64,000 nucleotides of DNA from Eledone cirrhosa (Eukaryota), in contig OZ024742.1 in the NCBI GenBank assembly GCA_964016885.1, positions 202,740,001 through 202,804,000 of the forward strand. Direction: 5' to 3'. The notes under the pieces are model-generated. The model saw nothing but the letters and a program-made list of their open reading frames with translations. It had not been told where the DNA came from and searched no databases. Below are positions 15,528-27,761 of the stretch, piece after piece (position 1 is the stretch's first letter; the number at the start of each line of letters is the position of its first letter). Position numbers and translations under genes: made by a program.

Positions 15528-15983
15528 TTGTTTTATTTATGTTGGGTATGTTTTTTCATTTCAAAACGTTGTCATTTTAGTTTTCAGAAAAAAAATTTTT
15601 TTTAGGACTTATTAAACAATCAATTAGTCTCACCTCACTTTCATTTATTATATCTTTCGTTATATTTGTTTGGAATTATTTTTTCTTCAAAATTTTTTCG
15701 TAGCCAAAAAGATGTAGAAATTAAAAAAAAAGTCAGTTTTAAAAAATTTCCCACCAGAATAACAGAAAAAAAATTTTTAATTGAAACAATGGAAGTTTGT
15801 ATTTTTGTTTTACTTTTTCACCTTTCATCATTAATTACCATCATATATTTTTGTATTATAATTATTATTATTAAATTTTATTTTATTTTATTTTTTTGGC
15901 TTCATCTCTGTGTGCTTCTTATTTTTCCACTTCAATTTTCTTATTCTTCATCTTTGTTTATCATTCATTCATTCTTCTTCTTT

Positions 15984-16169
15984 TCATTTGGAAACGTCCC
16001 TTTTGTTTTGCTCCATGATGGCCTGAATGATAGCATCTTGGTCAACGTATTCAAATATGTGCGGAGCATTCATCAAAATACCAACAGTTCCACCAAACGT
16101 CACTGCCAAAAAGATATATAAAAGCAGACGATCCAACACCATGGCTATGTACTTCCAATCATCTAACAC
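15984..16169 (-). CDS. nAChR subunit last coding exon (MA helix, M4, stop)
   Basis: VLDDWKYIAMVLDRLLLYIFLAVTFGGTVGILMNAPHIFEYVDQD...SK*. Acceptor tctctgcag|GTG, phase 0, joins EDEYES across an 18.6-kb intron. Confidence 0.96.
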   Translation of the reverse strand: MLDDWKYIAMVLDRLLLYIFLAVTFGGTVGILMNAPHIFEYVDQDAIIQAIMEQNKRDVSK

Positions 16170-16579
16170 CTGCAGAGAAACAAAAGGAAAGTAAGATTGG
16201 GTGATTGATGCATAGATATAAATAATAATAATAATAATTGTTTCTACTTTTGGCACAAGGCCAGCAATTATCCCAGTGGATTACTTGTACTTTATTTTAT
16301 CGACCCCGTAAGGATGAAAGGCAAGTTTAACCGCGGCGGGATTTGAAATCAGAATGGCAAGGGCCATAACTCTATGCGTCAAATTATGACGTCTGACCCT
16401 CTACCGATACTGCCAATCCACCTCCTTTATATAATAATAATTGTTTCTACTTTAGGCACAAGGCCAGCAAATACCCAGTACATTACTGGTACTTTATTTT
16501 ATCGACTCCGTAAGGATGAAAGGCAAAGTTAACCTCGGCGGGATTTGAAGTCAGACTGTAAATAATAATAATAATTCTG

Positions 16580-17705
16580 AAATGGAATGTTGCTGAACAA
16601 AAAGAAATGGATAGGAAGACTAGGAAGCTATTGACTATCTACCACATGTGCCACAAGAGGAGTGATGTCGGTAGACTCTACTTAAAGAGATCTGAAGGTG
16701 GAAGAGGTCTTATCAGCATAGAGGACTGTGTTCAGATGGAGAAAAACAACCTGCACAAATATGTAACTGCCAGTAGGGAGCCAATGCTCAAAATTGTACT
16801 GAAGGAGAAAACAATAGATCAGGGGATGTCCAAGGAGGAAATAACAATAAGGAGGAAGAGCAACCTTCATGAAAAATCCCTTCATAGTACCTTCTTTAAG
16901 AAAACTGAATTTAGAGATCCACAGACATGGAACTGGTTGAAAAGAGGAGACCTTAAAAAGGCTACAGAAGGAATGCTAATGGCTGCGCAAGAGCAGGCCC
17001 TCAAAACGAAGTGGGTGAAACACCATATTTACAAGGAGGAGGCTAGCCCACTGTGTAGGATCTGTGGAGAGAGAGAGAAGACTGTGGCTCACATTGTATC
17101 CAAGTGTAAACACCTAGCCCAGACTCACTATAAAGGCTGGAGACATGATGTGATGGGCAGGGTGATCCACTGGCACCTATGCAAAGTAAACAATTTACCA
17201 CATTCTGAGAAGTGGTATGAACATAAGCCAGAGTCGCTGATAGAAAACGATCAGGTGAAGGTGCTATGGGATTTTAGGATACAGACGGACAAGAAACTGG
17301 AACACAATAGGCCTGACCTGGTGGTTTTGGACAAGTAAAAAAGATTGTGCCTGATTGTAGATGTAGCCTGCCCATTCGACATGAGAGTGCAAGAAAAGGA
17401 GAGGAAGAAAATTAACCGATACCAGGACTTAAAGTGGGAGGTAAAAAGGATTTAGAACTGCCATGAGATCAAGGTCGTTCCGATTGTCATAGGAGCACTA
17501 GGTACTATCTCAAAGAGTTTCCAAGGATGGTTAAAGAAAATTAGTCCAGCCCCGCTTTTTGGAACACTTCAAAAGGCATGCTTGCTGGGAACAGCAAGAA
17601 CCCTCTGATACGTCCTGAATATCTGAGGCTGCAGGTAGCGGCTTGATATTCATTTCAACAAACTTTCCAGTTAAATAACATCAATGACTGAGACTCATAA
17701 TAATA
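16580..17705 (+). mobile_element. R4/Dong-clade non-LTR retrotransposon 3' fragment (CCHC + restriction-like endonuclease)
   Basis: LYLKRSEGGRGL, CRICGE..TVAHIVSKC, RHD, RPDLVVLD*..IVDVACPFD, VVPIVIGALG; bounded by (TAA)n, the known Dong target. Confidence 0.9.
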
Positions 17706-18095
17706 ATAAAGATCTACTTATTGAAATCGAAAAAATGTGGCACCTCAAAGCCATTACAATACCAGTGATTGTGGGAGCACTGGGAATGATCAGGAAAGAA
17801 ACAGAACAGTATTTGCAAATGATTCTTGGTTTACTCTCTCTGCAAGAGGTGCAAAAAATATTTTGACTGGTACTGCATACGTATTGAAAAGAGCACTATC
17901 TCTGTGGGAATGATATCCCCCCTTGTGTGGATCAGTTTGTGTGTAAGTAGAGCACTATCTCCGGAAGAATGATAAGCTGTAAATTATACTCCATGTGGTG
18001 TGATAACTGGCTTACCAATGTATACAGTGAAATTATTTGCCCGGCATATATCAGAAACAATACTGAAGGAAAAGGAAAGCGATAATAATAATAAC
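17706..18095 (+). mobile_element. Second R4/Dong-like 3' end fragment
   Basis: KDLLIEIEKMWHLKAITIPVIVGALG; ends in (TAA)n. Confidence 0.75.
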
Positions 18096-19013
18096 TATTG
18101 TGCACAGTACACAAGTGCACTACAACTTATTAAAGATGCATGTATAATACATAGAATAATGTATAAATGTCAGGAAAGTAAACAGTGTATGAATCATGAT
18201 ATATGCACAGATACATGCAGGTGTGTGTATGGAGGTGGAACATCATGTGTAGTGTTGGTGAATTTCCGTAAGCATGTATAAACATACAGAAAATATATGG
18301 ATGTAAAATTGTTGGTGATAAGAAGGGTATCTAACCATAAAAATAATCTTGCCAAACAAAGGTTCAAGAGAAATCTTCACTGATGTCAATAACATGATAA
18401 CTTTCCTTATGATTGTGCCATGATGAAATGCACCTAGTACACTCTGCAAATTGTGGGAGAATATGTGTTGCAGTCCTCAACTTTTACATGCAAGGAAAAT
18501 GAACATTAAATAATTATTTCTACTTTTGGTACAAGGCCAGCAATTACCCCAATGAATTACTGGTGCTTTATTTATTGACCCCTGTAAGGACGAAAGGCAA
18601 AGTTAACCCTGCTGGGATTTGAACTCAGAACGTAAATGGGCCAAAATTCTATGCTGCAAAGCATGGTGTCAGACGCTTTCCCAATACTGCCAATCCATTA
18701 AATAATGATATTGATGATGATATACATATTTATATAGATGAGTGGGTACAGATGGAAGAAGTTGAAAGAAAGATTGACCAAATAATATATACACATTTGT
18801 ATACAGTTACAAAATATATATGCACAATATTTCTTTTGGTGTATAACATGCAAGTTTTACTGCAAAATTTCATGTCAAAAAATGACACCATCCTATTTTT
18901 ATGAATATTATATATGGGTATATATACCTATTTGCTCTTTGTATTATTCTGAAATGTATTAACTAATTTGGATATAATTAGCATTCATGTTGTAAAATTA
19001 ATTAAGATATATA

Positions 19014-19117
19014 CAGGGTATCCCCCAAAAAACTGTATACACACTTCAAATGGATTCTAATAAATATTGCCTGTACAGGTAATTAAAGTGTGTATATATT
19101 TTTTGGGGGACGCCATG
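19014..19117. mobile_element. Tc1/mariner-type MITE
   Basis: TA|CAGGGTATCCCCCAAAAAA...TTTTTTGGGGGACGCCATG|TA. Confidence 0.75.
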
Positions 19118-19166
19118 TATATACCCATAAAATACACGTTTCCTTGTGGTTGATTGGATGATATAC

Positions 19167-19215
19167 ACGCCTTCTGATGAGGGTCCAATTAGATCCGAAA
19201 ATCGATTAAAGGTGT
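19167..19215 (+). ncRNA. Type I minimal hammerhead ribozyme (intact)
   Basis: acgcctt-CTGATGA-gggtc(caatta)gatcc-GAAA-atcgat-TA-aaggtgt; palindromic stem III AATCGATT. Confidence 0.88.
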
Positions 19216-19397
19216 TTATCAATTTTTCAATTTACTGTGCAATTCGTATTTTCTGGCATGTTTACAAGCTTACATACTAAATATGTATATATACATTACA
19301 CATTGTATTTATACACACTGTATTTATACAAATATAACATTATCGCACACTTCATAATATATATATATCGCACACTTCATAATATATATATATATAT

Positions 19398-20238
19398 ATC
19401 ATCATCATCATCATTTTACGTCCACTTTTCCCTGCTTGCAAGGGTAGGACGGGTCCTATTCAGTACAGCATCTTTCCACTTGTCACGGTCCTTCGTCATC
19501 TCCTCCATGAGCTTCAGCGATCTGAGGTCTGCTCTCACCACCTCCACCCATGTTTTCCGTGGTCTTCCTTCTACTGGGATTTCTTGGCACTTCTTTACCC
19601 AGCGGTCATCCTCCATGAGCATCACATGTCCACACCATCACAGTCTTCTCTCCCGCACACTACAACTTATCCCTCTTATACACAGTTTCTCTCTCAACTC
19701 ATCTATGCTTGGTCGTTCACGCACATTGACATTGCACATCCAACGGAGCATGCTTGCTTCATTTCTCTCCAGCAAGTGCATTTCCTCCACAGTTGCTGCC
19801 CATGTCTCACTACCATGCCACACAGGCATCATATAACCGGCCTTTTGTTCACAGGGAGAAACCCTTCTTTGTCAACAGAAGCAGCTCTCTAAACTTCTTC
19901 CAACCCATCCTTATTCAAAATACTATGGCCTCAGAGCACCCTCCTCCCTTGCTAATCTGATCACCTAGGTACCAGAAGCTATCAATCACTTCTATAGATC
20001 CTACCTGCATTTGAAAAATGTGTCTATCACTGCAACTTCTACTGTCAAATTTCCCTGTACATTTACTGCATATGTAGTTTTCCCTACCTGTTAGTTTGCC
20101 TGCTATCCCACTACATCTCTTGTGTACCCAAGATCTGCATTGTGTGCATTTTATAGAATTTATGCCAGCTCCTTTTCTACATAACGAACATGGCCATTTC
20201 CCTCATGGAATCAGAGTGGTGTCCTCTTTTCTACTTAT

Positions 20239-20240
<2 letters not shown>
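19398..20240 (-). mobile_element. RTE 3' fragment with (GAT)n tail
   Basis: HGSETW, GRPRKTW. Further copies at ~28228-28775(-), 33037-33305(-), 56998-57580(-), 59033-59425(+), 56470-56527(+). Confidence 0.85.
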
Positions 20241-20282
<42 letters not shown>

Positions 20283-22217
20283 ATACTTTGGGAGGGTCAT
20301 GTTGCCAATAATAACACATGCAACCGTTGTTTTTCACATCAATTTATTATAAATTTCCAGTTGTTTGGTTGATTGGATAACTGAATGTTTGTTTATATAT
20401 TGTCAAAGCTCTTTCGTCACACATTCTGTGACCTCCTCCGTGACTGGGTTTTTATTTTGTGTGTCTCCTTTGTTCTGTCCAACCATCTTGTTTTATAATA
20501 ACACACACACGGATTGTTTCTGAGGATAGACGGCATAATAAATGTGCTTTTTCAAGCCAAATGATATGCAGTTGCAAAACTGCTATTGATTGGCCTGTAT
20601 ATTGATAAATATTTCACCTCTGTATCCATCATACAACAATGATATAATTAATTACTACACCTTATTTTTTCATTGTTTATCATTACATATATATGTGTGT
20701 TTCTCTAAATAAAGAGTATACAACAAAAATCACACTGTACTTTTGCTTGGACAAAGAAATGGTTCACTAAGTTACTGCCAAGGACAACGCTGTAAGAAAG
20801 TCATAAACAGATCTCAAAGCGAACAATTTCAAGCTGAGATAGAATCGACAATTGAATTCATTTCATAACCCTGTGCAATTCAAAGAAAGCCGAAGGAAAT
20901 TAGGACCCTTACTGGAAGTGCTTAGTGAGTGCTATATACGAAAAAGTAAAGGCTTTGCAACCTATGCATAGAAGAGACATTACATATCCTTTCACAAAAC
21001 ACATTAATCCTAAATAAACAAATAAAACTGAAGTTGGCAGCATGCACTACTCACACGACAAACCAATATTGGAACCTGATGGCTAGTATCCTACAATAAT
21101 GACTACTGGAAGTAGCAACTAAATATGAAAACCTCAGCCTCGCACTCACCTGGAATCCAGACCTGGTGGCCAACTTTCAACACAGTCACAATCTAGATAA
21201 CAGAGTGACTCTTGACTCATTTAAACAAACAACTGGAAGATTTCATGTAATGAATAGCCCATTGATTGTCTTAATTGTCTTTTACAAATGAGTTTATACC
21301 TAGTAGATGTGGCTTATACCTAGTAGGCAACGCCTTCCTCAACCTGCTATCCCTGTCATTCACCTCCCTTAACGGTAACCATACAACCATGTTCACATTT
21401 TTCCCCAAGCTCCTCCACCCTCTTTAGTCCCAAGTCAAAAGTACCCAGTCCACACTGTAAAGAACATCCAGCCCATACTGTAAAGAGATCGTGTAGGTAT
21501 CATGACAAAAAGCACCCAGCCCACACTGTAATGTGGATGTGTAAAAGACATAGCAAAAAGCACCCAGCACACACTGCAAATGTGGTTGACGTTAGGAAAT
21601 GCATCCAGCCATAGAAAACCAGCCAGAAACTCTCCTATATGAGCGAGACACGGTCACCTGACCCAACTTGCCTCTAAATGTGACAAACCCATCTAACCCA
21701 TGCTAGCATGGAAGATAAGTGTTAATTGATGATGATGATGATGATGTATCATTCGTATTTTAATGATGAACTCTTAACACTAGAATTGCAGTTATAATTC
21801 TGATTTCTCCATGAAATTGAGTGAATTCATCTAGAAAGTATGATGCATCTACACTGTCCGTAATAAAATTTCCTCCTAACTTCTGATAATTTATTAAATC
21901 TCTCTGTCATTAAAGAGTTTCCCTCATAACCACGTGGTTTTGATGAGTTCAGTACCACCGTATAGCACCTGGAACAAGTGTCATCTACTAAACCCTTGAG
22001 TTGAACAATAGTTTGGGGGTAAAATTTGGTAGAAAGAAATAACTGAAGTACAGAGTACTCACAACCTCTAACTGGATTACCTAAAACGATAACTTGTTAT
22101 CCCATATATATATATATCCAGGGAGTGTAACGTGAGCTAACTGTAGGTTCAGCCAGATGAGCACTTGATATTTAGATTCACGTCTGTAGCAAGTTGTAGA
22201 GCTAAACAGAGTGTAAA

Positions 22218-22519
22218 TATAATAATACAAGGTTGATTTGTTATGTCTTCATTACATTTATTGATTGGTGATGAGCATTTCGCTATTGATCAGCTCAAGG
22301 TTCGATCTATATCGATCTGACCCGACTCTCAAATCAAAAGTTCGTCAGACCTCTGCTGTGGCAATGACATTACCACAGCAGAGGTCCAATGAGCTTTTGA
22401 TTCCAGAGTTGGGCCAGATCAATACAGATCAAACCTTGAGCTGATCAATAGCAAAACATGCGTCACCAATCAATAAACATAATGAAGGCATAACAAATCA
22501 TCCTTGCATTATTATATAT
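22218..22519. mobile_element. ~300-bp fold-back element; each arm is a decayed hammerhead plus AATAAA tail
   Basis: Near-perfect palindrome centred ~22368, flanked by TA repeats. Reconstructed arm consensus: ggt-CTGAYGA-gcttttgat...atcaatagc-GAAA-(CG-decayed palindrome)-TC-acc. Confidence 0.8.
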
Positions 22520-22800
22520 ATATAAGGGCGGTGGATTGGCAGTATCGGTAGAGGGTCGGACGCTATGCTTTGCGGCATAAAGTTACGACCCTTTACATTC
22601 TGAGTTCAAATCTCGCCGAGGTTAACTTTGCCTTTCATCCTTATGGGGGTCGATAAAATAAAGTACCAGTAATACACTGGGTATTTGCTGGCCTTGTGCC
22701 AAAAGTAGAAACAATTATTATCTCTATATATATATATATATGAAAACAGGGAGAAAGAGACGATTATGAGGAAGAAAAATATATATATATATATATAAGA

Positions 22801-22872
<72 letters not shown>

Positions 22873-22881
22873 AAAAATATA

Positions 22882-22939
<58 letters not shown>

Positions 22940-22942
22940 TAT

Positions 22943-24503
22943 AGGATAAAAGAGAAAACACAGGTAAGCATTAAAAAAAGGGTTTTATCCAGGTATTTAC
23001 AACCGTTTCATTGTTAAGTGCAACCTTATATTGCTATACTGCAAATAGCAGCCACTCAATAATAATTGTTGTACACATCCAAATTTTCAAAATAGTGAGT
23101 AAGTTACTCTTAACAAGTTCTTAATATATTTTTTTGAATTGTATTTGCTAGTAGAGAGAGAGAGGAAGAGGAATTAGAAAGTGGAGGGACAAAGGGAGTA
23201 GTATAGAGAGGAAGGGGGAGAGAATTAGAAAGTAGTGTGACAAACTGAGATGGAGGGAGGGTATAGGTGGAAGGAATCTTTGATTAGTTTTGATATATGT
23301 AGACATGATGTCTAGATTTAGAGTGTAGTGAGTTAAAGAGAATTAAATTGTTTATAGTGGGAGGGATGGAGAGCGAGAGAGAGAGAGAAAGAGATAAATA
23401 TATATTTTTTAAAAAGGGGGGAAGGAAAGTAGAAAAGAAAAGACATAAAAAAAAAGGAGAGAGAAGGAAGGAAGGAAACGAAAAGAAATAGAAAAGGAAT
23501 GAAGGAGAAGAGAGGGATATAGGTATTGGTTTTTGTGGGTAATTAAAGGGGTTAGATACAATAAGAGGGTATAAAGTCTAAGTATGTGCAGTTTGTCAGG
23601 TGGTAGTAAGCGGTTAAGGGTTTGATTTGCACTTGTAGTGCAAAAACTTTTCTTTGAGTCTATGGTTACAATAAATCGATCTTTCGATTTTATTGTTGAG
23701 TAACTTATTCTTCGAACTCAAAATGTGGAACAGCTCCAGATCACATAATCGACAGCTTCTCATACCACTCCGATATGGGGGCGCGTTCTAAGAAAAGTTT
23801 TCGCACTACAAGTGCAAATCGAACCCTTAACCTCTTACTACCACCTGACAAACTGCATATACTTAGACTTTCTACCCTCTTATTGTATACAACCCCTTTA
23901 ATTACCCACAAAAACCAATACCTATATCCATCCCTTCTCCTTCATTCCTTTTCGTTTTCTTCCTTCTCTCTCCTTTTTTTGATGTCTTTTCTTCCCCCCC
24001 CCCCCCACTTCTTTATTTTTTTTATATATATATATATTTATCTCTCTATTTCTCCCCCCTCTCTCTCTCTCTCTCCATCCCTCCCACTATAAACAATTTA
24101 ATTCTCTTTAACTCACTACCCTCTAAATCTACGACATCATGTCTACATATATCAAAACTGATCAAAGATTCCTTCCACCTATACCCTCCCTCCATCTCAG
24201 TTTATCACCCTACTTCCTAATTCCCTCCCCCTTCCTCTCTATACTACTCCCTTTGTCCCTCCACTTTCTAATTCCTCTTCCTCTCTCTCTATACTAGCAA
24301 ATACAATTCAAAAAAATATATTAAGAACTTGTTAAGAGTAACTTATTCACTATTTTGAAAATTTGGACGTGTACAACAATTATTATTGAGTGGCTGCTAT
24401 TTGCAGTATAGCAATATAAGGTTGCACTTACCAATGAAACGGTCGTAAATACCTGGATAAAATCCTTTTTTTTAATGCTTACCTGTGTTTTCTCTTTTAT
24501 CCT
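22943..24503. mobile_element. Penelope-type fold-back: ~710-bp inverted arms, 135-bp spacer
   Basis: 22943-23654 is the inverted copy of 23790-24503. Contains a degenerate hammerhead (TTGAAAA...ccaat-GAAA-cggtcg-TA) near 24345-24452. The left end abuts a (TA)n tract. Confidence 0.8.
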
Positions 24504-25407
24504 TTACACTCCAAGATTGAACGTGATTCTTACAAACTTGTGGAGTTACCCCTAACCGTACATTGAAACCGTCCATGAAACTGGCTATCTTAACACGAAC
24601 TGGATTACAATAAGCAATTTGCTGCTTCCCTAACTATACATATATATATATGTATATATGGATGTGACTGCGTGTGAGTGTTTGTGTGTCTTTTTTAATT
24701 TTAAGTTTGTGGCTGTATTTATGTTATGTAAACTTAATGGTCTGACACACAAAAAAAAGATTGATAATAATAAGTACCAGGCATCAAAATATAGGTACTG
24801 GAGTTGATTTAATAGACACATTTCTCATTCAGGTGGTGCCTCAGCATGGCCACAGTATAGTAATTGAAACCAGTAAACGAATATCATCCAATGTAACCAA
24901 TCTCACAGCCGCATTTCTAAATCTAACCACTATTAGTATACTAGATATAAACTATTAAAAGTCCTACTGTTACATAAATATATTTAAGTTTATTTAACTT
25001 TGTCACAAGTATTTACTTTCATTTATTTGGTAACATCCTGGCCAAGATTGATTTCACATCTATGAAACAAACCCACCCATTTCAAAGGTTTCCTATTTAA
25101 TTTGCAATATTCAAACATAATTTTTTATAAGAACCATGTGCATTACTATATTAATAATGAAATAATTAATAATTTTAGTAAATTATCCAAGAAATAAAGT
25201 ACGTTTCATCAAAAATATAATCACAAGTGTTACATCTCTCTAGGCCATATTTAACAATGTTATCCAGGTCACTTTCATTTATCATGGCACCATGATAAAA
25301 TGCACTTGGTACACTCTGTAATGTGGTAGTGTTGGTGCCACAATAAAATGCCCCTAGAACACTGAAGTGCTTGTGCCATGATAAATTATACTCAGTTTGC
25401 TTATTAA

Positions 25408-26506
25408 CCCTTTAGCATTCACATTAATTTGTCAAATGTCATGTTTATCTGTTCACATTATTTTCAGTTAATCATACTCAAGAGAGTTATCAATTTTATT
25501 TGTTTGTAATTTTCTTAATTTTCTATGTCCAGGCTTGAAATTTTGTCAGAAGATGTTTAAATATCAATAAATTACAATTCTATAATTTTACCTGATTTTT
25601 TTGGTTAAATTTGACTTTTATGGGGAGGTGAAATTAATTAATAGGGGCATTTGAAGTATCAACCAGGTGCAAATACTGGTTTAATTTTAAATACGTTGTT
25701 TTCGGCATAATACTTGATATATAAGGATCACTAAACTTTATATCAATGTTCCAGTAATTCCACAGTCTTGGAAATTGTTTTCTACCGAACATAATATTTA
25801 TGGTAAAAAATGCTTGCATTTCCGCAACATCTGTCGGTCATTATAATAGATCGGGTTTTCCTTGATTTGAAATCTGTTGTTGGGCATATCAATTAATCTC
25901 TTCTGCCACAACTTCGAAGAAAGTTTGTGGTAAAAACAAAAAGAAATAATCCAGTGCTTTAGCATCAGGAGGTAATGTGTGTTGTGGACCAGTATTTTGA
26001 ATAAAATTGGGAACATATATTGGTGTGGTATTTTTCAACCACGTTGCTGTAATATTTTCAATGGCGTCCTGGAGATCTCCTTCGTTTTCACTTTCAAAAT
26101 AACAATCATCGTCGGATGAAATTTCAGAAATGAAAACATCTGATTCATTTGAAGATAAATCACTAATATTATCTTTTGTTTCTTGTTCCTTCTGAATGTT
26201 GTCGTGTGTAAAACCTTCAAAGTCAGTATTGCTGCTTTCACAAGCCATGTTGATACACAAAAAATCTGTTTTACTTTCAACATTAAAAAAACGTGTTGTT
26301 TTAAGTTGTTTCACTATATTAAGTGTTAATTTTCACGGTAAGGGCCTAATCTCACAGTAATCTTGAATTTATGAGATTTTGATGACGGTATTGTTTATTT
26401 TTAGAACAATATTTTAGTATGGGTGTTATCGGCCAGTTTCGGGCAGTTTGAACAAATGAAGGGGAAATAATTGCGGCCGGTTTCGGGCAGTTTGAACACT
26501 AAAGGG
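25408..26506 (-). mobile_element. Internally deleted piggyBac element
   Basis: TTAA|CCCTTTAG...CTAAAGGG|TTAA; duplicated subterminal ggccrgtttcgggcagtttgaaca; transposase N-terminal remnant DFEGF...FFLFLPQTFFEVVAEEIN*...EMQAFF..WNYW..IMPKTTYLKLNQYLHL. Confidence 0.9.
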
Positions 26507-27723
26507 TTAAAGTGGTAGTGTTAGTGTCACAATAAAATACACCCAGTAAATTCTCTAAATTGGTCTAAATTGCTCCCATGATTAAATACATCCAGTACAC
26601 ATACATTGTAAAGCATTAGTACTGTCGTCATGATAAATTAAAACAGTATACTATGTAAAGTGGTTGGCATCCAGACATAGAATCAATGTCAAATATAAAA
26701 TGTAAGAGTTAAGATATGATCCCCTGTTCAGTCTTGTCTCAAATCATGACCCATGCAAGCATATAAAGTAAATGTAAAATAAGTATTATAGCTTAATTTC
26801 AGATAAATGTTGATACAACTTGATGTAAAATAGGTTTATCCCACCCTATCTCTGTCATTTAAGAATTTAGAATTAACTGAATTAACAATGAAATAATTTG
26901 TTTGGAACAAGGTTAGCAATTTGGGGAAAGAGGAAAGTCAATTATATTGACCTTAATACTTGTGCTTTAATTGTGCTTTATTTTATTGAACCGAGAAGGA
27001 TGAAAGACAATGTTGACCAAATACTGTTAAGTGTTTGTTTAATGGTCTAATGATTCTGCCAATCCATTGCACAGAATCATTGAAATAATTTGAGATTAAT
27101 ATGATTGAGTTCAGTAGAGCTTAAGAGCATTTAATATAAGTTAACACAATAAAACTTAATGTAATTTTCTTTAATAGAGTAGAGGATTTATTCAATAGTG
27201 TATTAATTGATAATATGATAACTATAAACAGATTTAATTTCATTTCAGTTGATACTAAGTTGAGCAAGAGACACTACTCAACAAAAATCTCATCCTTGTT
27301 GTCTCCCCTTAAATAAAAAGCATTTTTCAATTAAACAGTCATAAAATATATGATTGTATCTCAGAGATACAACATAACTATAATAGTCAGGAGTTATAGC
27401 TTGTGATTTGGTATGAGCATATGCTAACTTTTTACATTTCATTTGTTTGTTTGATAATGTTGCCTGTTTCATTCATCAAGATGTATCAAATTATGATCTT
27501 GCTTGAAACTAAAATTCAAAACAGAAGCTGAAAAAATTAGGCCAGCTCCTGATGATCTCTAAATATAAGGTAAAAGAAGGAATTTCACCATTGTGCTTTA
27601 AGATATAAAGAATATATATACTCTATAGATTGGCTTGATTTAGTTTCTATCGACTACTCTATATACAATCCTAATCTAGTCTTCTTTTGATTTTATTCTT
27701 TGTGTTTATTATTACTATATATA

Positions 27724-27761
<38 letters not shown>

